NCBI GenBank assembly: GCA_016235455.1
Contig: JACRKZ010000102.1
Span: 7,744-71,743 of the forward strand
Source of the DNA: Armatimonadota bacterium
Lineage (GTDB): Bacteria; Armatimonadota; UBA10988
Reading direction: 5' to 3'
DNA length: 64,000 bases
The position numbers and the translations under genes were made by a program. Positions 46,337-53,759 of this stretch are shown piece after piece. How positions within the stretch are numbered: the first letter of the stretch is position 1; every line of letters starts with the position of its first letter. Below the pieces are notes generated by a model, which was given only the letters and a program-made list of their open reading frames with translations, made no database searches and was not told the origin of the DNA.

Positions 46337-46918
46337 ATGCACGCCGAGCAGAATCCCACAACCCGAGACGCGGCTGCGTTCGAGGCGGCTTGTGCGCAGT
46401 GGCGTGGCGAGCTGCAGCGGCTGGCGCTGGGCATTCTGCGCCAACCCGACACGGCCGACGACGTGGTGCAGGAGGCGTTGCTGCGGCTGTGGACCGCCGA
46501 CCCGCCACCATCGACCCAGGGCACGCGGTCCTGGCTGCTCAGGGTCACCACCAACCTGGCGCTCAACGCGCTGCGCAGCGCGCGCCGCCGGCCGGCCGAC
46601 CCGGTCGATCCCGCGAGGCTGGGTCTGGCCCTGGCCGCGGGCGCGGGCCTGGCGGCCGGCAGTCAGCCGCCGGCCACGCCGCATCAGGCATTGGTACGCG
46701 CCGAGACCGACGGCCTGTACCGTCGCGCCCTGGCCGACCTGCCGCCTGCTCAGCGGCAGATCGTGTCGCTGGTCTACGAATCCGAGATGCGCCTGCGCGA
46801 TGTGGCGGAGGCGCTCGGGGTGCCCGAGGGCACCGTCAAGTCGCGGCTGCACGCCGCCCGCGCCAAACTGTCGCGCCGCTGGCGCGAACTGGCCCCCGAC
46901 TGGGAGGATGAGTCATGA
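46337..46918 (+). CDS. ECF (group 4) sigma-70 family RNA polymerase sigma factor
   Basis: ATG 46337 (the track ORF starts at GTG 46313). Region 2: ADDVVQEALLRLW, SWLLRVTTNLALNALRSARRRP. Region 4: LPPAQRQIVSLVYESEMRLRDVAEALGVPEGTVKSRLHAARAKL. Confidence 0.9.
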   Translation: MHAEQNPTTRDAAAFEAACAQWRGELQRLALGILRQPDTADDVVQEALLRLWTADPPPSTQGTRSWLLRVTTNLALNALRSARRRPADPVDPARLGLALAAGAGLAAGSQPPATPHQALVRAETDGLYRRALADLPPAQRQIVSLVYESEMRLRDVAEALGVPEGTVKSRLHAARAKLSRRWRELAPDWEDES

Positions 46919-49881
46919 ACCCCATTCCGCCAACCCCCTGGCACGCCGCCTCGTTTGACCACTGCCTGCGCGGCAGCCTCCCGCGGCTTCTTGCCGAGCG
47001 ACTGCCGTTGAGCGGTTACCACGTCGCGCCCGGCGAGGACGGCCAGGTGCGCGTGACGGTGACCGTCGACGCGGCCGCCGCCGTCTACCACCTGCCGGCG
47101 CCCACGCCGGACGGCGTTTTCCACACGCCGCGCGGACCGCGCGTGGTCACGCCGTTGGTGGCCCATGACGATCTGGCCACGGCGGCGGTGGCCTGCGTGG
47201 GCGAGCAGTTGGCCACCATCGTCGAAACGCGCCTGGGCGTCGCGCCGGCCGACATCCCCTGGGACGAGGCGCTGCTGCGCGCCTGGCTGCCGCTGGACGG
47301 TTGGCTGGCCGAGTTGCTGGCCACCGCCGCGCCGCTGGACGAGCGCAATCTGCTGGCCCGCCTGACGCATCTGCGGCGCATCCGCGTGACCGCCATCGGG
47401 CCCGACGGACCGATCCTGCTGCCCGGTCACTGGGGCCGGGTCTGTCCCGTGGAGTCGCCCGAGGGCGAGAACCTGGGCCGGGTGCTGGTGCTGGCGCGCG
47501 GCGCCGGCATCGCCCACGGCCGTATCCTGCCCGCCGGCGCCGAGCCCGCGGAGCAGCTCGGACCTGGCGCGGCCTGCATCCCGTTCCTGCATCACGACGA
47601 CGGCGTACGCGCGCTGATGGGCGCCAACATGATGCGCCAGTGGCTGCCACCCGAGGCGCCGGAGCCGGCGCTGGTGGTCACCGGCCTGGAGCCCGGTGAG
47701 CCGGCGCTGTGGTGCGGGCGCAACCTGCTCACCGGCTACCTGGATGTGGGCGCCGACACCCACGAGGATGCGCTGGTGGTCAGTGCCTCGGCCGCCTCCC
47801 GCCTGGGCCAGCAGGCGCCGCTGGAGCCCGGTGACAAGCTCAGCAACCGCCACGGCCAGAAAGGCGTGGTCAGCGCGATCTGGCCCGACGCGGCCATGCC
47901 GCGGCTGGCCGACGGCACGCCACTCGACCTCGTCGTCAGCCATCTCGGCGTGCAGACCAGGCTCAACCTCGGCCAACTGCTGGAGGCCGTCGCCGGCCGG
48001 CTGGCCCGCGCGGAAGGCCAGGCCGTGGCAGCGCCACCCTACAGCGGGCCGAGCGTCGACGACCTGCGCCAGCGGCTGCGCGCCGCAGGCCTGCCCGAGG
48101 ACGGCATGGAGCGGCTGAGCCTCGACGGCGCGGCGCTGGAACTGCCGTCGACGGTCGGCTACGTGTACTGGGGCAAGCTCTACTTGCGCGCGGCGCCGGC
48201 CCTGCACAGCCAGCCCGCGGGCCATGCCGGCGAGCGCATGGGGTGGCTGGACCACGCTTGCGTGCGCGAGAGCGGCTGCCGCGCCATCCCGGCCGAATGG
48301 GGCGGTCTGGGCTCGGTGGCACGGCTGGCACCGGGCGAACTCGCCGAGCTGCTGGCCGCCGGCGAGCCGCCACCACTGGGTCCGCCGACGCCCTGGCTGG
48401 CGGCGCTGACGCGGCGCCTGGCGGTGCTCGGCATCGGCGTCGAGATCGACAGTGCCGGCCTGCATTTCGGGCTGCGTGAGCCGGACGACGCGCTGGAACT
48501 GGCCGAGCCGGTGCCGCATCCGTGGCACCGCGACCTGCTGCTGACCCGCCTGGGGCCATGGAGCGGCGACGCCTGGGAGGCCACCCTGGCCGCTAACGCC
48601 AGGTTGGCCCGGCTGCGGGCCGAGGCCGCGCCCGACGCCTTGCTGCAGCCCGCGCGCGGCGCGCTGGCCAGCGCCATCGAGGCGCTGGCGCGGCGGCTGG
48701 TGCGCCGCGAGCACCTGTGCGCCGGCGACCGCGTGGCCTACAGCGGTCGTGCGGTCATCGCGCCCGGCGGCGACCTGTGCTGGGACCAGGTCGGCCTGCC
48801 GCGCGACCTGGCGGAGCCGTTGTTCGCGCCGCTGCTGGCCCGGAGCGGCGAGACGGACTTGGCGGCGGTGATGGCGCGGCACTGGCTGTTGGTGACCCGC
48901 GCGCCGGCCGTGGCGGCCTCCGCTCATGTGGCGCTGCGGCCGGTGCTGGTGCCCGACCGCGTCATCCGGCTGCATGCGCTGACGCTGATGATGCTCAACG
49001 CCGACTTTGACGGTGATCAGGTGGCGGTGATGCTGCCGCTCACCGCCGCCACGCAGGCCGAGGCGGCGCAGCGGCTGAGCATCGGCGCCCACCTGGAGCG
49101 CGATTCAGGCTTGCTGGGCTCGCTGCTGCCGCCCATGTCGGCACGCTGGGGCCTGGCCTGGCTCAGCCTGACCACCGCCGGCCGGCAGCAGATCGCCCAC
49201 CTGCTGGGCTTCGAGCTGCCCGACGATGGCCACTTGACCCGCGCCGGCCTGCTGGAAGCCGCGGCGCAGATACGGCTGCGCGACGGCGTGGACGGCCTGA
49301 TGGGCACTCTCGACGCGTTGACCCGGCTGGGCTTCGCCGCGGCCCGGCGTAGCGGCGCGTCGCTGGCGCCGTTCGCCGGCACCACGCGCGCCCTGCCGCC
49401 GCAGCCGCAAGACGATGATCGCGTGGCCTGGGCGGCCTACGCCGAGCAACTCGTCGAGTGCCTGCGGGCCGTGGAGGACTATGCCAACCCCGACCTCGGG
49501 CCGCAGATCCTCGCCGTCAAGTCCGGCGCGCGCGGTACGTGGCGCTTCTTCGAGCGGATGCTCGGCGGCCAGCTCCTACCCGATGGCGCGGCCGGGCTGA
49601 CCCCGCAGAGGCATTCGCAGATCGAGGGCCTGAGCCCCGAGGAGTACCGCCTGCGCCTGCACTCTGGCCGTAGCGCGCTGGCCATGTGGCTCCAGAGCTG
49701 GACGGCCACCTGCACCAGCATCCGCGAGGGCGCCGGCCCGCATGGCTTCGGCGTGCTGGCGCGCGCCTGCCACTCGGCGCAGCCGGGCGTCATCTTCGCC
49801 CGCGCCGCGCTCACCGGCGAGTGCGACCCCCTGGCTGACGCCGCCAGCCGCCTGTTCGTCGGCGTCGCGGACCGCGGGTAG
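46915..49881 (+). CDS. Miniature collinear RpoB-RpoC (beta-beta') fusion: single-polypeptide two-barrel RNA-polymerase-like protein (988 aa)
   Basis: The ATG overlaps the sigma gene's stop (ATGA, 46915-46918), with GGGAGGA 6 nt upstream. Beta motifs in order: THLRRIRVTAIGPDG, GRVCPVESPEGENLG, FLHHDDGVRALMGANMMRQ, THEDAL, GDKLSNRHGQKG, DGTPLDLVVSHLGVQTRLNLGQLLE, VGYVYWGKL, RLAVLGIGVEID. Beta' motifs in order: ELAEPVPHPW, GDRVAYSGRAVI, NADFDGDQVAVMLPL, SGARG, EGLSPEEYRLRLHSGRSALA. Confidence 0.85.
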   Translation: MNPIPPTPWHAASFDHCLRGSLPRLLAERLPLSGYHVAPGEDGQVRVTVTVDAAAAVYHLPAPTPDGVFHTPRGPRVVTPLVAHDDLATAAVACVGEQLATIVETRLGVAPADIPWDEALLRAWLPLDGWLAELLATAAPLDERNLLARLTHLRRIRVTAIGPDGPILLPGHWGRVCPVESPEGENLGRVLVLARGAGIAHGRILPAGAEPAEQLGPGAACIPFLHHDDGVRALMGANMMRQWLPPEAPEPALVVTGLEPGEPALWCGRNLLTGYLDVGADTHEDALVVSASAASRLGQQAPLEPGDKLSNRHGQKGVVSAIWPDAAMPRLADGTPLDLVVSHLGVQTRLNLGQLLEAVAGRLARAEGQAVAAPPYSGPSVDDLRQRLRAAGLPEDGMERLSLDGAALELPSTVGYVYWGKLYLRAAPALHSQPAGHAGERMGWLDHACVRESGCRAIPAEWGGLGSVARLAPGELAELLAAGEPPPLGPPTPWLAALTRRLAVLGIGVEIDSAGLHFGLREPDDALELAEPVPHPWHRDLLLTRLGPWSGDAWEATLAANARLARLRAEAAPDALLQPARGALASAIEALARRLVRREHLCAGDRVAYSGRAVIAPGGDLCWDQVGLPRDLAEPLFAPLLARSGETDLAAVMARHWLLVTRAPAVAASAHVALRPVLVPDRVIRLHALTLMMLNADFDGDQVAVMLPLTAATQAEAAQRLSIGAHLERDSGLLGSLLPPMSARWGLAWLSLTTAGRQQIAHLLGFELPDDGHLTRAGLLEAAAQIRLRDGVDGLMGTLDALTRLGFAAARRSGASLAPFAGTTRALPPQPQDDDRVAWAAYAEQLVECLRAVEDYANPDLGPQILAVKSGARGTWRFFERMLGGQLLPDGAAGLTPQRHSQIEGLSPEEYRLRLHSGRSALAMWLQSWTATCTSIREGAGPHGFGVLARACHSAQPGVIFARAALTGECDPLADAASRLFVGVADRG

Positions 49882-49895
49882 TCATGCCTGAATCA

Positions 49896-49975
49896 GATCC
49901 ACAGATTACGCAGGTTGCACAGACTGCTCAGAGGCCAGTCCGAGCGATCTGTGTCATCTGTGTGATCTGTGGATC
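49896..49975. repeat. CACAGAT-heptamer hairpin repeat, copy C (80 bp)
   Basis: GATCCACAGATTACGCAGGTTGCACAGACTGC-loop-GCGATCTGTGTCATCTGTGTGATCTGTGGATC. Sits between the convergent stops at 49881 and 49989. Confidence 0.9.
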
Positions 49976-49988
49976 CTCAGGGAGATGG

Positions 49989-51038
49989 CTAGCGATTGGC
50001 GCACCAGGTGCGCAGTGTGGCCAGGATGCGCCGTGCGTCGTCCAGTGGGCGGCCGCCCATGTTGAACAGGAACCGCGTGTCGGGCCGCGCCAGGTCGAGC
50101 ATTTCGCGCACGCCGGCCTCGTCGCGCCAGGCGACCATGTGCACCGTCTCGCCGGCGAACAGATCGAGCGCGGGCTTGGGGCCGGGCGGATACTGGAACA
50201 CGCGGTTGAGCCCGCGCAGCCGCGGCACCCGCGCGAACAGCGGGTAGTGCGCGTCGGCCCGAGCGCAGCAGTGCATCCACATGCCGCCGTAGCGCTCGCT
50301 CATGGCCACCAGGCTGGGCAGGCAGAACTGCTCGAACATGGCCGGCGACAGGCTGCCCGTTTCGTCCTCGGACAGTGAGCAGCCCAGCGCCGGCGGCCCG
50401 TAGGCGGCGCCGGGGCAATGGATGGCGTTGTGGCCAGGGAACGCGCGGCGGAAGTCGTCGAGGAAGCCGGTGAGCAGCGCGTAGGTCTTGTCCACCAGTG
50501 CCAGCACCGCCTCGGGCGTGTCCACCATGGCGATGAACATCTCCTCCTTGTTCCAGATCAGCGCGGCAATGTCGAACGGACTCTGGATGTCCGGGCCGGT
50601 GATCGGCGCGTCAGGCCCCAGTTCGGCCTGCACCAGCTCCGCCAGCTCCCACCAGCGCGCCAACCCGCGACCGGCCGACCAGTCGGGCGTCGGCAAGGCA
50701 TCGGCCTCGGCGGCGGCATGCACGAACGGCAGCGCGGCGGCGTTCGAATCCCGGAACGGCACCACGCGGCAGCCAAAGGCCTCGGCGAAAACGCCGGTGT
50801 GCGTGGTCATCGGCGCCACCGGCACGGTGTCGCAGCCCAGCGCCTCGGTCTGCGCCAGCCAGGCGCGGTACTGAGCAACGATGCCCGGCACCCAATCGCT
50901 CACCGGCCGGTCGGACACCGTCACATCGCCCGGGCTGTCGACGAGGCCGGGCGGATCGAAGGTGATGGCATGGCCGGGGAATGGGCCGCTGAACAGATCG
51001 ATCTGGTACTGACGATTGCGCGCAATGCGATCGGGCAT
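49989..51038 (-). CDS. Uroporphyrinogen-decarboxylase (URO-D)-like family protein (second paralogue)
   Basis: Track ORF 49989-51251 trimmed to ATG 51038 (GGGAGG upstream), giving MPDRIARNRQYQIDLFSG. URO-D-like layout; the C-terminal half aligns loosely with the 24770-25897 product. Confidence 0.55.
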   Translation of the reverse strand: MPDRIARNRQYQIDLFSGPFPGHAITFDPPGLVDSPGDVTVSDRPVSDWVPGIVAQYRAWLAQTEALGCDTVPVAPMTTHTGVFAEAFGCRVVPFRDSNAAALPFVHAAAEADALPTPDWSAGRGLARWWELAELVQAELGPDAPITGPDIQSPFDIAALIWNKEEMFIAMVDTPEAVLALVDKTYALLTGFLDDFRRAFPGHNAIHCPGAAYGPPALGCSLSEDETGSLSPAMFEQFCLPSLVAMSERYGGMWMHCCARADAHYPLFARVPRLRGLNRVFQYPPGPKPALDLFAGETVHMVAWRDEAGVREMLDLARPDTRFLFNMGGRPLDDARRILATLRTWCANR

Positions 51039-51114
51039 GGCCGACCTCCCAGCCGCGTAGCATAGCGCGTTTGGGGCGCGGTTAGGTACAATCCCCCGAC
51101 TGGGAGCCTGTGCC

Positions 51115-52149
51115 ATGGCCGCTCGCTGGCTGCGCTGTCTGTTGTTGGTCCTGCCCCTCGCCGCCGGAGCCGCTCCGGCTCGCACCGAGCATGTCAGCGA
51201 TGGCGCCGAACTGATGGCCGCCGTGGCGCGCGGTGGCGGCGAACGCAGCATCGTGCTCGACGCGGGTACCTATGAGATAAGTGGGACTCTGAGCTTCGAG
51301 CGCGTGAACCAGGTAAGCGTGCTGGGCAGCGGCTGGAATACGGTCATTCGCAAGACCGGGCCCGGCCCGGCCATGGCCTTCGCCGACTGCGGCTTCTGCC
51401 TGGTGCGCGACCTGCTGATCGTCGGTGACGGCAAGGCTCAGGCCGGCATCGTCTTTGGCGGCCAGAGCAGCTCCAACACCGTCGACAAGTGCCGACTGGC
51501 CGACTTCCTGCTGAGCGGCATCCGCTTCCAGGGCGAGGCCGCCCGCCCCATGTCGTCCAACGTGGTGCGCGACTGCCACTTCGTCGACAACGCTGCCGCG
51601 CAGCTCTACAGCGAGTACAACAACGACTACGCGATCAGCGGCTGCCAGTTTGGCGCGCACCACTCGACCCCCGCCGCCGGCGCGCAGTTGTTGCACTCGT
51701 CGGCCGGCAACTACACCGGTAACTTCCATTGGGGCAACCAGAACGCGCTACTGCTGGGGCCCGGCAGCAACTTCAACCGCATCCAGGCCAACCGCCTGGA
51801 GGAGAGCCAGCGCGAGGCGCTGATCATCGGCTCACCCGAGCCCAGCCCCGCCTGGTCGGGTCATTGCAGCCTGAACATCATCACGGGCAACACCTTCCAC
51901 ACCAACTCCAAGCAAGAGAAGGGCCGCTACGACGCCATCGCCGCCTACGACGCGGTGGACACGACGTTCACCTCGAACCAGGTGTTCTCGTGGGACTCCG
52001 ACCACTTCCGCCACCGCGCGGCGTTGGCGCTGGGTCGCGGCTGTGGCACGTGGATCGTCCGGGACAACATCCTGCGGCACCACACCGGGCCGGCGCTCGT
52101 GTTCGATGCCGGTTCGGGGCATCTGGTGAAGGACAACCTGGGCCAGTAG
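51115..52149 (+). CDS. Secreted right-handed beta-helix (pectate-lyase-fold) protein
   Basis: GGGAG upstream. Signal MAARWLRCLLLVLPLAAGAAPA. Repeats: NTVDKCRLADFLLSGIRFQG, NVVRDCHFVDNAAAQL, NFNRIQANRLEES, NIITGNTFHTNS. Confidence 0.75.
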   Translation: MAARWLRCLLLVLPLAAGAAPARTEHVSDGAELMAAVARGGGERSIVLDAGTYEISGTLSFERVNQVSVLGSGWNTVIRKTGPGPAMAFADCGFCLVRDLLIVGDGKAQAGIVFGGQSSSNTVDKCRLADFLLSGIRFQGEAARPMSSNVVRDCHFVDNAAAQLYSEYNNDYAISGCQFGAHHSTPAAGAQLLHSSAGNYTGNFHWGNQNALLLGPGSNFNRIQANRLEESQREALIIGSPEPSPAWSGHCSLNIITGNTFHTNSKQEKGRYDAIAAYDAVDTTFTSNQVFSWDSDHFRHRAALALGRGCGTWIVRDNILRHHTGPALVFDAGSGHLVKDNLGQ

Positions 52150-52399
52150 GCGGGGGAACCAGCTCGATCACGCTGGATTGCCACGGGCCGGCTATGCCTT
52201 GAGGGCGCCGCCACGGGCTCCATGTTCCTGTCAAGGCGATTCCGCTCGCGAACGAGCGCCCGCTGACGATCGCCGCGCCCGGTCGAGTCCTCGTATTGCG
52301 ACATTGTGATCTCCTTCGGTTTACTCCCGGGGGTATTCAGGGTATGAAGCGAAAATAGACCAGGCGTGTCCGATTATGCGGCGCGCCCCGGAGGACGAT

Positions 52400-53656
52400 A
52401 TGGAACTTCGCGGATCCGTGTCAGGACGAGGGCGTACCCTCACTGCTCGACCAACGACGGTGGTGCTGGGGCTGATGGTGGGTGTGCTGCCCTGGCTGAC
52501 CAGCTGCGGTAGCGCCAGCGATGCCGGTGGCAACCCACTGGCCGCGGCCGGCCCGACGAGTGAAGGCGGCCGGGCGGTCGCCTCGAACCCGTATGTGGTC
52601 ATCGGCTGGAACGATCTGGGCATGCACTGCATGAACCAGGACTTCTCGAATCTGATGATCCTGCCGCCGTACAACACACTGCACGCGCAGGTCATCCGGC
52701 GCGGTGAGGAGCCGCAGATCGTCAGCAGCGGCGTGACGGTGAACTACAGCGTGCCGGGCAACACGCGCTCGAGTACCAAGACGAACTTCTGGCAGTACGC
52801 CAAGGCCCTGACCGGCCTGACCTTGGCCAACGATGTCGGCTTGACGGGCCACCGGCTGGCCGGGACCATGACCGCGACGAGCAATCGAGACTGGAGCGTG
52901 ACCGGCGTGCCCATCACTCCGGTGACCGATGTGGGCGCGCTGAACGCCTACCAGATGGCCAGCATCAGTGTGGCTAGCCGGGGTACCACGGTGGCCAACA
53001 CACAGGCGGTGATACCAGTCTCGTGGGAGATAAGCTGCAATCTGTGTCACAACACGCCGGGCATCTCGCCCGATGTGGACATCCTGCGCAAGCACGACAG
53101 CCTGCACGGCACCCAACTGGTCAAGCAGCGGCCGGTGAACTGCGCCAAGTGCCATGCCGAGCCGAACCTGGGCTCGACCGGCGCGCCTGGCGTCAAGAGC
53201 CTGTCGGCCGCCATGCACGGCTCACACGCCAAGCGCATGGCCTCCGCCAAGCTGACCAACGAATGCTACGCCTGTCACCCTGGCGTCAAGACCAACTGCC
53301 AGCGTGACGTGCACAAAGCCAAGGGCATCACCTGCACCGCCTGCCACGGCTCCATGGCCACGGTGGCCGCGCCGAGTAGGCGCCCGTGGGTCGATGAGCC
53401 GAGCTGCGGCAGCTGCCACAAGCGCGCCGGGTTCGAGTTCGAGCAGCCTGGCAAGCTGTTCCGCGACAGCAAGGGCCATCATGGGGTCCAGTGCGCGGCT
53501 TGCCACGGCAGCCCGCACGCCGTCGGGCCCGCTGTGAACGCGGCCGACAACGCCCAGGCCATCGCCCTGCAAGGTCATGCCGGCCCGATCGACACCTGCA
53601 CGGTCTGCCACACCAAGCGGCCGGACGAGGCGTTCGAGCATCGGCTCGACGACTGA
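52400..53656 (+). CDS. Multihaem (7 x CxxCH) c-type cytochrome lipoprotein
   Basis: ATG 52400 with GGAGGA upstream. Lipobox LPWLTSCGS. Haem-binding motifs: CNLCH, CAKCH, CYACH, CTACH, CGSCH, CAACH, CTVCH. Confidence 0.85.
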   Translation: MELRGSVSGRGRTLTARPTTVVLGLMVGVLPWLTSCGSASDAGGNPLAAAGPTSEGGRAVASNPYVVIGWNDLGMHCMNQDFSNLMILPPYNTLHAQVIRRGEEPQIVSSGVTVNYSVPGNTRSSTKTNFWQYAKALTGLTLANDVGLTGHRLAGTMTATSNRDWSVTGVPITPVTDVGALNAYQMASISVASRGTTVANTQAVIPVSWEISCNLCHNTPGISPDVDILRKHDSLHGTQLVKQRPVNCAKCHAEPNLGSTGAPGVKSLSAAMHGSHAKRMASAKLTNECYACHPGVKTNCQRDVHKAKGITCTACHGSMATVAAPSRRPWVDEPSCGSCHKRAGFEFEQPGKLFRDSKGHHGVQCAACHGSPHAVGPAVNAADNAQAIALQGHAGPIDTCTVCHTKRPDEAFEHRLDD

Positions 53657-53684
53657 CGCAATAGCTCATCACCGAGCGCACGGG

Positions 53685-53726
53685 GAGCACAGGGATCGGC
53701 CCGTTCCGGGTTCGCGCCCTGTGCTC
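53685..53726 (+). terminator. Hairpin between convergent cytochrome and serpin genes (candidate bidirectional terminator)
   Basis: GAGCACAGGG (53685-53694) pairs with CCCTGTGCTC (53717-53726). 22-nt structured loop, followed by TCTGTGTGCTT. Starts 29 nt after the stop at 53656. Confidence 0.45.
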
Positions 53727-53759
53727 TCTGTGTGCTTGGTGACGATGCGGCGGCGCGCA

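Noticed and set aside
46774-49092. 772-aa minus-strand ORF opposite the mini-RNAP gene
   Set aside because: It is an antisense shadow of 46915-49881. Its sequence is low-complexity (R/G/A/Q-rich) with no motifs, whereas the plus frame carries a dozen collinear RpoB/RpoC signatures.
51945-52304. 119-aa minus-strand ORF downstream of the beta-helix gene
   Set aside because: It overlaps the 3' end of the well-supported 51115-52149 gene in antisense, has no RBS and has shadow-like composition.
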